Shown here: one piece after another, positions 16,125-25,537 of the stretch
Layout of the letters: each line of letters begins with the position of its first letter
Position numbering within the stretch: position 1 is the first letter of the stretch
From: an uncultured Chloroflexia bacterium
Lineage (GTDB): Bacteria > Chloroflexota > Limnocylindria > Limnocylindrales > CSP1-4
DNA: 64,000 bases
Direction of reading: 5' to 3'
NCBI GenBank assembly: GCA_963748625.1
Contig: CAVVJT010000006.1
Span: 44,603 to 108,602 of the forward strand
The notes under the pieces: generated by a model
The model's input: the letters and a program-made list of their open reading frames with translations, nothing else
The model's database searches: none
What the model was told of the DNA's origin: nothing
Position numbers and translations under genes: made by a program

Positions 16125-17391
16125 CGGCCGCCACGCCGCCCACCTGGTGCTCGTACCGGCGCAGCCTGCTCAGCGGCAGGAAGGCGATCGCCAGGAGGAT
16201 CAGCGACGCGACGAGGATTCCGTCGAGCCCCGCCGCCTGGGCCGCCACGCCGCCCACGATGCTGCCCACGATCTGACCGAGGCCCAGGAACACCGAGTAG
16301 AGGCCCATGATCGCGCCCCGGTCGTCGGGGTAGGCCTCGGTCATGTCCGCGAGCAGGCCGATGGCGGCGGGCGTGGCTCCGGCGAGGACGAACAGACCCG
16401 CAGCCGCGATCACGACCAGCGCGAGCAGCAGCGGCAGGGGGTCGGCGCCCACGTGGTTGATGGCCGCGGCGGCCGTCAGCATCACCGCGCCGCCGATGAT
16501 CCCGTAGACGATGATCGACGTCCTGCGCATGCTCTTGAACTTGCCGCCCCAGTAGAACAGGCCCGCGAAGAACAGGAGCCCGCCGATCGCCAGGCCCGCG
16601 CTGACCTGGAGCGGGTCGAAGCCGCCCATGAGCTGCTGCTCCGAGAACCGCGGGTCGGGCTCGCGGACCAGCTGGAACAGTGTCTGGCTGGTGTACAGGC
16701 CGAGCGTGGCGTTGATGGCGATCCACGTGGGCGCCAGCAGCCAGACGTGGGAACCGCGCAGGATCCGGAGGTAGCGATGCAGGCCCTCGTCGGGATCGTG
16801 GCCGTGGGCCGCCGGCGCCGGCTCGGCGTGCTCGGGGACACCCAGCTTGTAGATCGCGAAGGAGACGCCGTACAGGACCGCGTTGGCCAGGAACGCCGTG
16901 GGGCCCAAGGCAGCGAACAGCGGGCCCGCGACGACGAAGCCGAGCAGCAGCCCCGCCAGGGTCGCGGCCTCGAACCGGGCGACGGCTTTGCCCCGCAACA
17001 GCTCGTCGGAGGCGGTGGCGAAGGCGATGAACCCCAGGATCGAGGGTACCGACGCGGCCGTCGACGCTCCCTCGAGCAGGCGGGTGAAACCGATGACCGG
17101 GAGGCTGACCGCGAACGCCGTGATGATGACGGCGACTGCGCCGAATGCCGGGCCAACGAGCATGATCCGGCGGTGGCCGACGCGATCCGACAGGACACCG
17201 AAGATCGGCGAGAGCACGAGCTCGCTCGCGTAGAACAGCGCCCCCAGGACGCCGATCTCCCATGCCTCCACGGTCTCGCCGCCGTACCGGGGCAGGACGG
17301 CCAGGTAGTAGATCAGCATGGCGCCGGTCACGCCCGTCGCGAGTCGCAGCGTGAAGGTGCCGAAGATCACCGCGAGGATGGGACGCGCCAT
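16111..17391 (-). CDS. MFS transporter
   Basis: 426 aa with about 12 TM segments. FGVLSDRVGHRRIMLVG loop motif. Its stop overlaps the ggt start by 14 nt. Confidence 0.85.
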   Translation of the reverse strand: MARPILAVIFGTFTLRLATGVTGAMLIYYLAVLPRYGGETVEAWEIGVLGALFYASELVLSPIFGVLSDRVGHRRIMLVGPAFGAVAVIITAFAVSLPVIGFTRLLEGASTAASVPSILGFIAFATASDELLRGKAVARFEAATLAGLLLGFVVAGPLFAALGPTAFLANAVLYGVSFAIYKLGVPEHAEPAPAAHGHDPDEGLHRYLRILRGSHVWLLAPTWIAINATLGLYTSQTLFQLVREPDPRFSEQQLMGGFDPLQVSAGLAIGGLLFFAGLFYWGGKFKSMRRTSIIVYGIIGGAVMLTAAAAINHVGADPLPLLLALVVIAAAGLFVLAGATPAAIGLLADMTEAYPDDRGAIMGLYSVFLGLGQIVGSIVGGVAAQAAGLDGILVASLILLAIAFLPLSRLRRYEHQVGGVAADARA

Positions 17392-17573
17392 GCATGGAAG
17401 CGTATCGGGTCGGGACCGTGCGGTCGTGCCCGAATTTCCGCCGGGACTGATCGTGGCCGCGCGGGCGTGCGCGCCGGTTGCTGTCGCCGAGCCACGCCGC
17501 TCCGTATGATCCGTGTCCCGAGAGGGAGCCCCGCCCGCGGCGGCAACCGTCAGCGCCCGAGGAGGCCCAGCCC

Positions 17574-18419
17574 GTGTCCCGTGTCGCGATCGTCACCGAC
17601 TCTGCCAGCGACCTGCCGCCCGAGGTCGCGGCCGCGGCCGGCATCACCATCGTCCCGCTGGTCGTGAACTTCGGGTCCGAGACGTTCCGCCCGAACGTCA
17701 ACCTGACCACCGACGAGTTCTGGGCCCGGATGACCGCGCCCGACGCGCCGTTCCCGACGACCGCCGCCGCCTCGCCGGGCGACTTCGGGAAGGCCTACCA
17801 GGCGGCGTTCGGCGCCGGCGCCGGCGCCGTCGTCTGCATCACCGTGTCGGGCGACCTGTCCGGCACGCTCAAGTCCGCGACGCTCGGCGCGCAGGGGCTG
17901 CCGGACCGCGAGATCCACGTCATCGACTCCCGCTCCGCGTCCATGGGCCACGGGATGCTGGCCCAGGTAGGCGCGGAGATGGCAGCCGAGGGGGCGACCG
18001 GGGCGGTGATCGCGGCGGCCCTCGAGGAGGCCAGGACGCGCATCAACCTGTACGTGGCGCTGGACACGCTCGAGTACCTCAAGCGCGGCGGGCGGATCAG
18101 CGGCGCGCGCGCGGCGATGGGCACGATGCTCTCGATCAAGCCGATCATCACGGTGACCGACGGCCTGGTGGAGAACGCCGAGCGGGTGCGGACCCGGGCG
18201 AAGGCGCGCGAGCGCTGCCTGGAGCTCCTGACCGAGCGTCCGATGGAGCGGGTGACCGTCCTGCACACCACCAACGCCGATGTCGAGGAGTTCCGTGCCC
18301 GGCTCATCGAGCGGGCCGGACTGGATCCGGCCAGGGTCCAGACGATGACCGTCGGGCCGTCCGTTGGCCCGCACCTTGGCCCGGGCTGCGTCGGCGCCGT
18401 GGCGATCTACGAGGCCTGA
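17574..18419 (+). CDS. degV: DegV family fatty-acid-binding protein
   Basis: From ORF 17478..18419. GTG start with GGAGG 8 nt upstream. VAIVTDSASDLP, PTTAAASPGDF, ITVSGDLSGT, LEYLKRGGRI. Confidence 0.9.
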   Translation: MSRVAIVTDSASDLPPEVAAAAGITIVPLVVNFGSETFRPNVNLTTDEFWARMTAPDAPFPTTAAASPGDFGKAYQAAFGAGAGAVVCITVSGDLSGTLKSATLGAQGLPDREIHVIDSRSASMGHGMLAQVGAEMAAEGATGAVIAAALEEARTRINLYVALDTLEYLKRGGRISGARAAMGTMLSIKPIITVTDGLVENAERVRTRAKARERCLELLTERPMERVTVLHTTNADVEEFRARLIERAGLDPARVQTMTVGPSVGPHLGPGCVGAVAIYEA

Positions 18420-18706
18420 TCGAGTCGCCGGTTGCGATGCATCGGTGCGGGCGAGAACCTCGGCAGCGTCCCGGACCCCTGCCACTCGACAGGGACGGCG
18501 AGGTGACGGATTGGTTGCGGCAGGGTGACGAGCGGCCCGTGGGCGGGGCCGTCTCGTGGCTATACTCGGACTTCGAAGGCGGCGTGCGACGAGCGGCCGG
18601 CCATGCCGTGGCCGGCACTCGAAACCGCCCCCGTGGGGTCGTCCGGATGACGACCCATCGCTCAGGGACGGCGTCCACCGCCCCGCCACCGAGGATCTTC
18701 CGTTCC

Positions 18707-19972
18707 ATGACGACGGAGAAGGCAACGGCGCCGATCAACGCCTGGCAGGTCGCGCAGCACCAGTTTGATCTCGCGGCCGAGATGCTCAACCTTGACCCGG
18801 GCCTGCGCAATGTGCTGCGCGAGCCGCGCCGCGAGCTCACGGTCCACTTCCCGGTGCACATGGACGACGGTACCGTCCAGGTCTTCACCGGCTATCGCGT
18901 CCAGCACAATCTCGGCCGAGGCCCCGCCAAGGGCGGCATCCGGTACCATCAGGACGTCACGCTCGACGAGGTCAAGGCCCTCGCGATGTGGATGACCTGG
19001 AAGTGCGCGGTCGTGGGTATCCCGTACGGTGGCGGCAAGGGCGGCGTCAGCGTCGACCCCAAGAAGCTGTCCCAGCGGGAGCTCGAGGGCCTCAGCCGCA
19101 GGTACTTCACCGAGATCTCGATCCTCATCGGACCCGAGCGCGACATCCCGGCGCCGGACGTCAACACGACGCCCCAGATCATGGCCTGGTTCATGGACAC
19201 GTATTCCATGCACGTCGGCTACACGGTCCCCGGCGTGGTGACCGGGAAGCCGATCAGCCTGGGCGGCTCGGAGGGTCGCAACGAGGCCACCGCGCGCGGC
19301 TGCGTGTTCACGATCGTGGACGCGGCCAAGCACCTCGGCATGGACCTCGCCAGGACGACGACCGTCGTCCAGGGCTTCGGCAACGCCGGCTACATCGCGG
19401 CGCGGCTCATGGCCGACGAGCGTTCGACGATCATCGCGGTCTCCGACACGGGCGGCGGCATCAAGAACGAGGACGGCCTCGACGTCGACCGCGTGCTCAA
19501 CTGGAAGAAGGAGCACGGCACCGTCGTCGGGTTCCCGGGCAGCACGACGATCACGAACGCGGAACTCCTGGAGCTGCCCTGCGACATCCTGATCCCGGCC
19601 GCCTACGAGAACCAGATCACCGCCGCGAACGCGGACAACGTGAAGGCCAAGATCGTCGCCGAGGCCGCCAACGGTCCCACGACACCCGAGGCCGACAAGA
19701 TCCTGGCGAGCAAGGGCGTGTTCATGATCCCGGACATCCTCGCGAACGCCGGCGGCGTGACCGTCAGCTACTTCGAGTGGGTGCAGGACCTGAACCGCGA
19801 CCACTGGAGCGAGGCCGTCGTCAACGCCAAGCTCAAGGAGATCATGGACCGCTCCTTCGGGGAGGTCCTCGCGATGGCGCATCTCAAGGACGTCGACATG
19901 CGCACGGCGGCGTACCTCGTCGCCGTGAAGCGCGTCGCCGACGCGACCGCCCTCCGCGGCCTCTACCCGTAA
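18707..19972 (+). CDS. gdh: Glutamate dehydrogenase (Glu/Leu/Phe/Val dehydrogenase family)
   Basis: Last 421 aa of track ORF 17513..19972. GPAKGGIRYH, catalytic-Lys box GIPYGGGKGG, VQGFGNAGY Rossmann motif, ANAGGVTVSYFEWVQ. Confidence 0.95.
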   Translation: MTTEKATAPINAWQVAQHQFDLAAEMLNLDPGLRNVLREPRRELTVHFPVHMDDGTVQVFTGYRVQHNLGRGPAKGGIRYHQDVTLDEVKALAMWMTWKCAVVGIPYGGGKGGVSVDPKKLSQRELEGLSRRYFTEISILIGPERDIPAPDVNTTPQIMAWFMDTYSMHVGYTVPGVVTGKPISLGGSEGRNEATARGCVFTIVDAAKHLGMDLARTTTVVQGFGNAGYIAARLMADERSTIIAVSDTGGGIKNEDGLDVDRVLNWKKEHGTVVGFPGSTTITNAELLELPCDILIPAAYENQITAANADNVKAKIVAEAANGPTTPEADKILASKGVFMIPDILANAGGVTVSYFEWVQDLNRDHWSEAVVNAKLKEIMDRSFGEVLAMAHLKDVDMRTAAYLVAVKRVADATALRGLYP

Positions 19973-20018
19973 GCCCCCCGCGGCCATCGTGGCCGTAGCG
20001 ATTGGCTACGCGCGAAAT

Positions 20019-20047
20019 GGCCCGGGTTCGCCCGGGCCGTTTCAATT
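20019..20047 (+). terminator. Intrinsic terminator downstream of gdh
   Basis: GGCCCGGG-ttcg-CCCGGGCC, a perfect 8-bp GC stem, followed by gTTTcaaTT. Confidence 0.6.
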
Positions 20048-20174
20048 CCCCGGTCTTCCCGCGTCTCTTCCCCGGCAACTCAGCCCGGAGTCATCCGGCA
20101 GGTCGCAACGAGGAGCTGGGCCGCGATCAGGGTGATTCGGCGCCCGAGCCCTGCACGCCGCGTGCCGGCATGAC

Positions 20175-20253
20175 CCGGGGTCGAGTCGCGCCGGGTCGAG
20201 TCGCGCCGGGTCGAGTCGCGCCGGGTCGAGTCGCGCCGGGCCGGTCGTCGCGG
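20175..20253. repeat. Tandem 15-bp repeat CCGGGTCGAGTCGCG, four copies plus a degenerate fifth
   Basis: Read directly. Copies at 20175 (16 nt), 20191, 20206 and 20221, with a partial copy at 20236. Intergenic, about 90 nt upstream of the ORF at 20340. Confidence 0.85.
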
Positions 20254-20304
20254 CCGGGTGTGGGTTCGGACCACCGGGCGCCGCCTCCGGGGGCGGTGCG
20301 GGCG

Positions 20305-20333
20305 TCAGGGCCGACCCGGCCCCCTGCTACCAT
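20305..20333 (+). promoter_or_regulatory. Candidate leaderless-type promoter (TCAGGG-17 nt-TACCAT) for the gene at 20340
   Basis: TACCAT ends 6 nt before the ATG. The intervening ccctcc is not an SD. The TCAGG core resembles the -35-like element upstream of cphB. Confidence 0.3.
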
Positions 20334-20339
20334 CCCTCC

Positions 20340-20945
20340 ATGCTTGACCACGAGGAGAAGTTCCTCTTCAAGGAGGAGATCCTCCACCTCGCCGACGCCC
20401 TCAACGACCCCGGCAGCCTCGACAACGTCGAGGATCTCCTGACCGATGTGATCACCAGCCCGCGGTTCGACTCCGAGGTCTTCACCCTGGAGCGCAGCCT
20501 CCAGGTGATGCTGGGCGCCCGGGCCGGTACGACGCTCGTCGGGCTCGTGACCGTCGCCCCCGAGGTCTTCGAGGAGGTCGCGGAGGTACGGATCCCGCCC
20601 GAGGTCTACGAGCGCCTCGTCGCCTGGCGGGCGCGGTTCGGCCTCGCCATCGACAACGCGCTCAACTTCCTCAACAACCCCGACGGTATCCAGGGCCACA
20701 ACTTCAGCACCCAGGTCGCACACGTCGAGGAGCGCCGGGTGCTCCAGGGCCGCCTCACGATGGTCCGTTACAACAACGAGCCCCAGTTCTTCATCGCCGA
20801 CGCCGCGGTGTTCCTGGGCCTGGTCACGGACATCATGGAGCGCCTCGGGCCGTACCTCGAGCCCGACAGCGTGGACGAGGAGTCGCTCACGCGCCTGCGC
20901 GAGGTCGTGCAGCTCATCGAACGCAAGACCGCCTCGCGGGGCTGA
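20340..20945 (+). CDS. Hypothetical acidic cytoplasmic protein, no family recognised
   Basis: 201 aa with balanced composition (MLDHEEKFLFKEEILHLADALNDPGSLDNVEDLL...). High third-position GC. Followed after 11 nt by the DRTGG protein gene. Confidence 0.7.
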   Translation: MLDHEEKFLFKEEILHLADALNDPGSLDNVEDLLTDVITSPRFDSEVFTLERSLQVMLGARAGTTLVGLVTVAPEVFEEVAEVRIPPEVYERLVAWRARFGLAIDNALNFLNNPDGIQGHNFSTQVAHVEERRVLQGRLTMVRYNNEPQFFIADAAVFLGLVTDIMERLGPYLEPDSVDEESLTRLREVVQLIERKTASRG

Positions 20946-20956
20946 GCGGCAACCGC

Positions 20957-22126
20957 GTGCGCCAGCTGTTCCTCGCCGCCACCGGCCAGAACCGCGGCAA
21001 GACCACGGCCTGCGTCGGGCTGCTGGACGGCTTCCGTCGTCGCGGCTACCGGACCGGATTCTCCAAGCCCGTGGGCCAGCGCACCATGATGATCGACGGG
21101 GAGCCGGGCGACGAGGACGCCGTCCTGATGAAGACGATCTTCGGCCTGCCCGACCCGTACACCGCGATGAGCCCGATCCACATCCCGCGCGGCTTCACCA
21201 AGAGCTACCTGGCCGGCGACGTGGTCGAGGACATGGAGGGCCCGATCCTCGCGGCCCAACGGTACTTCGCCGACCACGACATCTGGCTCATCGAGGGCAC
21301 GGGCCACGCCGGTGTCGGCGCGGTCGTGGGGCTGTCGAACGCACGGGTCGCCTCGATGCTCCGGGCGCCGACGGTCATCATCTCCGAGGGTGGCGTGGGC
21401 CGGCCGATCGACGAGATCGTGCTCAACGCCTCGCACTTCGAGGCGCACGGGGTGCCGGTCGCGGGCGCCATCGTGAACAAGCTCCGGGTTGACGAGTCGC
21501 CCGGGATCGAGAAGACGCTGGAGCGCGGCCTCGCGCTGCACGGGATCCCGCTCCTGGGCGTTCTGCCCTACAAGCCCATCCTGTCCAGTCCCACGCTGGA
21601 CATGGTGCTGCGTGGCGTGAAGGGCCGGGTCATCTGCCCCGGGCCGGACCTGGACCGGGTGATCGATGGCGTCGCAATCGGCGCGATGGAACCGAACCAC
21701 ATGCTGGAGCACGTCGGTCCCGGCACCCTCGTGATCGTGCCCGGGGACCGCGAGGACGCGATCCTGACGCTGGCCGCAGCCCACCTGCCGGACTCGGCGC
21801 CCGCGCGCGCCATCGAGCACCTCGAGACGCTCGTGGACGAGACGCCCGGGGCCATCGACGCCGGCCCCGAGGGCAAGGCGCTGGGCATCGTGCTCACCGG
21901 TGGCTATGAGCCGCGGCCGGAGGTCCTGGCCGCGATCCGCCATGCCAACCTGTTCACGGCCATCGTCCCCGAGGACACCTACACCGTGGCGTCCGTGGTC
22001 CACGACCTCCTCGTGAAGACGCACCCGGCGGACGTCGGCAAGATCGAGCTCATCAAGGAGCTGGTCTGGGAGCACCTGCAGATGGACCGCTTCCTCGAGG
22101 TCGCCACCGAGGCGAGGTTCGACTGA
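20957..22126 (+). CDS. BioD-like P-loop + DRTGG domain protein (phosphotransacetylase N-terminal-domain family)
   Basis: 389 aa. P-loop LAATGQNRGKTT, IEGTGHAGVGAV, AGAIVNK, then a DRTGG-like segment LVIVPGDREDAILT. No PTA catalytic domain. Confidence 0.8.
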   Translation: MRQLFLAATGQNRGKTTACVGLLDGFRRRGYRTGFSKPVGQRTMMIDGEPGDEDAVLMKTIFGLPDPYTAMSPIHIPRGFTKSYLAGDVVEDMEGPILAAQRYFADHDIWLIEGTGHAGVGAVVGLSNARVASMLRAPTVIISEGGVGRPIDEIVLNASHFEAHGVPVAGAIVNKLRVDESPGIEKTLERGLALHGIPLLGVLPYKPILSSPTLDMVLRGVKGRVICPGPDLDRVIDGVAIGAMEPNHMLEHVGPGTLVIVPGDREDAILTLAAAHLPDSAPARAIEHLETLVDETPGAIDAGPEGKALGIVLTGGYEPRPEVLAAIRHANLFTAIVPEDTYTVASVVHDLLVKTHPADVGKIELIKELVWEHLQMDRFLEVATEARFD

Positions 22127-22248
22127 CGAACGCCCCGCCCGCCGTCGCCGACGCCCCCATCGACGCTCCCGCCGCCGCCTCAATCCCGCCTGCCGTCATC
22201 GCCGGCACCGCTGTCGTCGCGATCCCTGCCGCTCGCCCGCAGTCGATC

Positions 22249-23427
22249 GTGCCCTCGTGGGTCGTGTACGGCTTCCAGTTCGTGGCCATCGGGGCGTGGA
22301 CGGCGTACGCGGTCGTCTACTTCGAGGCGATGGGCATCGACATCGCCCTCATCGGCGTGCTGGCCGCGGTTCCAGCGGTCGTCGCCATCCTCGCCTCTCC
22401 GGCGTGGGGCCTCGTCGCTGACAGGCTGGGCGACATGCGTCTCCCGTACCTGGTGGCGGCGATCTGGGCGGCGCTGGCCGCCGTGGGTCTCGCGATGGCG
22501 CCCGGGATGCCCGGGCTGGCGGTGGCGGTCCTGATGCTGTCCGTGGGCGCCGCGGGCCTGACGCCGCTCATCGACGCCCGCACCATCCAGCGCCTGTGGC
22601 CGCAGCGGGAGCGCTTCGGCCAGGCCCGCGTGGCGGGATCGATCGCGTTCATGGCCGGGACGATCGGGACCGGCATCCTGGTCGCCGCGAGTGACCTGCG
22701 GACGATGTTCGTGGTCTACGCGGTGGCGATGACCGGCGCCGGGATCGCCGCCGTGGCGCTGCTCGGCCGGCCGCGCGGGGCTCGGAAGGTGGGCAGCGTG
22801 GGACCGAGGGCCGCGACGGGTCTCCTGCGCCTGCCCGGCCTCGCCCTCTTCTTCGCCGGGTCATGCGTCATGTGGACGTCCGCGGTGGGGTCCATGACGC
22901 TGTTCTCGCTGCGCATCATCGAGTTGGGCGGGGACACGCAACTCGTGGGCATCGGCTGGGCGACGTCGGCGCTATTCGAGGTGCCGATGATGATCCTGTT
23001 CGCGCGGTTCGCGACGCGGATCGGGGTGGAGCGGCTGATCGTGATCGGCGCGCTGCTGTTCGTCGTCCGGGCCGGGTTCTGGACGGTGGCGGACAGCCCG
23101 CTGACGTTCATCGCCTTCACGTCGCTGGGCGGCAGCGGGTATGCGCTGGCGATGGTGGGGACCACGAGCTATGTGGCGGCGCGCGTGCCCGGGCGACTGC
23201 AGGCAACGGCCCAGGCGCTGTTCGGGAGCGCCGCGTTCTCCATCGGGACGATCGCCGGCGCGATCATGGCCGGACAGGTTGCCGCGATCGGCGGTCTCTG
23301 GGCCGTGTACCCGGTCGGCGGCGTGATCGCCGCGGTTGGCGCGGTGATGGTCTGGGCGGCGATCGGGCGGCGGCCGACGGGCGGGCCGGTCCCGGTTCCA
23401 GGGCCCGGGGCTGCGTCTCCAGCCTGA
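22249..23427 (+). CDS. MFS transporter (MFS_1-like / HcaT-like)
   Basis: 392 aa with about 12 TM segments. SPAWGLVADRLGDMR loop motif. Confidence 0.8.
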   Translation: MPSWVVYGFQFVAIGAWTAYAVVYFEAMGIDIALIGVLAAVPAVVAILASPAWGLVADRLGDMRLPYLVAAIWAALAAVGLAMAPGMPGLAVAVLMLSVGAAGLTPLIDARTIQRLWPQRERFGQARVAGSIAFMAGTIGTGILVAASDLRTMFVVYAVAMTGAGIAAVALLGRPRGARKVGSVGPRAATGLLRLPGLALFFAGSCVMWTSAVGSMTLFSLRIIELGGDTQLVGIGWATSALFEVPMMILFARFATRIGVERLIVIGALLFVVRAGFWTVADSPLTFIAFTSLGGSGYALAMVGTTSYVAARVPGRLQATAQALFGSAAFSIGTIAGAIMAGQVAAIGGLWAVYPVGGVIAAVGAVMVWAAIGRRPTGGPVPVPGPGAASPA

Positions 23428-23726
23428 GAGGCGCCTCCCGCCAACTGGTGCGCCGGCCCGGTCCCGTCCGCGCGCGCCGGATGCCCCGGGCCGCCCGGCG
23501 GCCCATTCGTCGTCCGCGGCCGATCGTTCGTCCGCTGCAGGGGACGATTGGCCAAACTCCAACTCCCTGGCAGCCGGTATGTCCGGCGGAAGCCACCGAA
23601 CGTAGAACCCGACCGACGAATGGGCCGCTCGCCGGCCACCCAGCGGCGGCGGGCCGCGCGACGTCGCGTGCGCCAATCCCACCGTGTGATCAGCCGGCCG
23701 CGTCACCTGCCCGCTTGCCGCCCTCG

Positions 23727-24560
23727 CTAGGGCGCCCGCTCGTTGTCGATCAGGCGAACATCATCGATCCGAACGGCCAGCGAGAGCAGGGCCCGCCCCG
23801 CGACCACCTCAAGCTCGGCCAGGGTGTCCGGGTCGGCCACGGACACGTAGTCTGGCGTGGCAGCCGGCTCCGTCGCGAGGATCGCCAGCATCGCGTCGCG
23901 CACGGCGGTGCCGGTCTCCTCGCCGTCCCGAACCCGTGCCGCGCCCGCGAGGAGCGCGCGCCGGAGCACGGGAGCTGCCTTGCGGCCCTCGGGCGTGAGC
24001 CGTGCGTTGCGTGACGACATCGCCAGGCCGTCGGGCTCCCGCACCGTCTCGCAGGGCACGACCTCCGTCGGCAGCGCGAGATCGAGCGCCATGCGCCGGA
24101 TCACCGCGACCTGCTGGTAGTCCTTGAGCCCGAAGTAGGCACGCTCGGCGCCCACGAGCGCGAACAGGATCGCGACCACCGTGGCAACCCCGTCGAAATG
24201 TCCGGGCCGCGCCGCGCCCTCGAGCGGTCCCGCGATGGCGCCCACGGCGACCCGCGTGTCGAAGCCAGGTGGGTAGACCTCGTTCACGGACGGTGCGAAC
24301 ACGACATCCACGCCCGCGGCCTCGCACATCGCCAGGTCGCGCGCCTCGTTGCGGGGATAGCGCGCGAAGTCCGCGGACTGTCCGAACTGGCGCGGGTTGA
24401 CGAAGATCGAGACAACGACGGTGGCGCTCTCGGCGCGAGCCCGGTCAACGAGCGAGACATGCCCCGCGTGCAGCCAGCCCATGGTGGGCACGAGCCCGAT
24501 CGGCCTCGTCGCCGCGACCAGCACGGCACGGAGATCCGCGCGGGTGCGGACGACCTCCAT
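23727..24560 (-). CDS. panC: Pantoate--beta-alanine ligase
   Basis: From ORF 23727..24686; start at the internal ATG (MEVVRTRADL). VPTMGWLHAGHVSL, VSIFVNPRQF, FGLKDYQQ, SSRN. Confidence 0.95.
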   Translation of the reverse strand: MEVVRTRADLRAVLVAATRPIGLVPTMGWLHAGHVSLVDRARAESATVVVSIFVNPRQFGQSADFARYPRNEARDLAMCEAAGVDVVFAPSVNEVYPPGFDTRVAVGAIAGPLEGAARPGHFDGVATVVAILFALVGAERAYFGLKDYQQVAVIRRMALDLALPTEVVPCETVREPDGLAMSSRNARLTPEGRKAAPVLRRALLAGAARVRDGEETGTAVRDAMLAILATEPAATPDYVSVADPDTLAELEVVAGRALLSLAVRIDDVRLIDNERAP

Positions 24561-24600
24561 GCGCGTCGGGCCGGTTCGCGGGCGGGTGGGGGAGCCGCGC

Positions 24601-25521
24601 CTAGAGGTCGCGGTCGAGCGGGATGCCGGCGAGGTTCTCAATCCCCGCCGCTCCGGCTCGGTCCTGGTCGGTGCGGCCCAGGACATCGTCCAGCACGGCC
24701 GGGTCCATCAGCACGGTCTCCGCCGAGCCGGGGAAGTCGCCGGCCTCCACATCCTTCCGGTACCCGCGGATCGCTTCGAGGATCGTGCCCCGCAGGTCCG
24801 CGTACTTGCGGGCGTGCTTCGGGGTCCAGTCGCCCCAGCCGAGCGTGTCGGTGATGACCTGGATCTGGCCACTGCATCCCGCGCCCGCCCCGATCCCGAT
24901 CGTCGGGATGTGGAGGCGCTCGGTGATGGCCTCGGCGAGCTGGCCCGGGACGAGCTCGAGGACGATGGAGAAGGCGCCGGCCTCCTGGACCGCGAGGGCG
25001 TCCGCGAGGAGCGCGCGCGCCTGCTCCTTGTTCTTGCCCTGGACGCGGACCCGGCCGATCGCGTTGATCGCCTGCGGCGTGAGCCCGATGTGGCCCATGA
25101 CCGGGATCCCGGCGCGAACCAGGGCCTCGATGGTCCGGGCGCTCCGGACGCCGCCCTCGACCTTCACCGCCTGGGCGCCACCCTCGCGGAGGAAGCGGCC
25201 GGCATTCGCCACCGCGTCCTCGGCCGTGGCGTAGGAGAGGAACGGCATGTCGCCGACGATCAGCGCCCGCTTGCTGCCCCGCACGACGGCCTTGGTGTGG
25301 TGGAGCATCTCGTCCATGGAGACCCGCACGGTCGTGTCGTAGCCCAGCATCACCTGGGCGAGCGAGTCGCCCACGAGGATGAGCGGGATGCCGGCCTCGT
25401 CCACCAGCGCGGCGGTCGGGTAGTCGTACGCGGTGATCGTCGCGATGCGGACACCGTCCGCGTAGAGCTTCGCGATGTCGACCACCGACAGGCGGCGGAC
25501 GATCTCGGACTGGGCGCTCAT
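24601..25521 (-). CDS. panB: 3-methyl-2-oxobutanoate hydroxymethyltransferase
   Basis: From ORF 24601..25563; start at MSAQSEIV. ITAYDYPTA, LVGDSLAQVMLGYDTT, VKVEGG, GHIGLTPQ, IGIGAG. Confidence 0.95.
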   Translation of the reverse strand: MSAQSEIVRRLSVVDIAKLYADGVRIATITAYDYPTAALVDEAGIPLILVGDSLAQVMLGYDTTVRVSMDEMLHHTKAVVRGSKRALIVGDMPFLSYATAEDAVANAGRFLREGGAQAVKVEGGVRSARTIEALVRAGIPVMGHIGLTPQAINAIGRVRVQGKNKEQARALLADALAVQEAGAFSIVLELVPGQLAEAITERLHIPTIGIGAGAGCSGQIQVITDTLGWGDWTPKHARKYADLRGTILEAIRGYRKDVEAGDFPGSAETVLMDPAVLDDVLGRTDQDRAGAAGIENLAGIPLDRDL

Positions 25522-25537
25522 CGGGTGGTCTCCATGG

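Noticed and set aside
17513-19972. 819-aa ORF suggesting a large fusion protein ending in glutamate dehydrogenase
   Set aside because: The first roughly 400 aa are an out-of-frame read through degV and the intergenic leader (Arg/Gly/Pro-rich). The GDH homology begins at the ATG at 18707.
20175-20253. Tandem 15-mers considered as CRISPR arrays (also the heptamers at 48157-48196)
   Set aside because: The units are directly adjacent with no spacers, they are far shorter than CRISPR repeats, and no cas genes are nearby.
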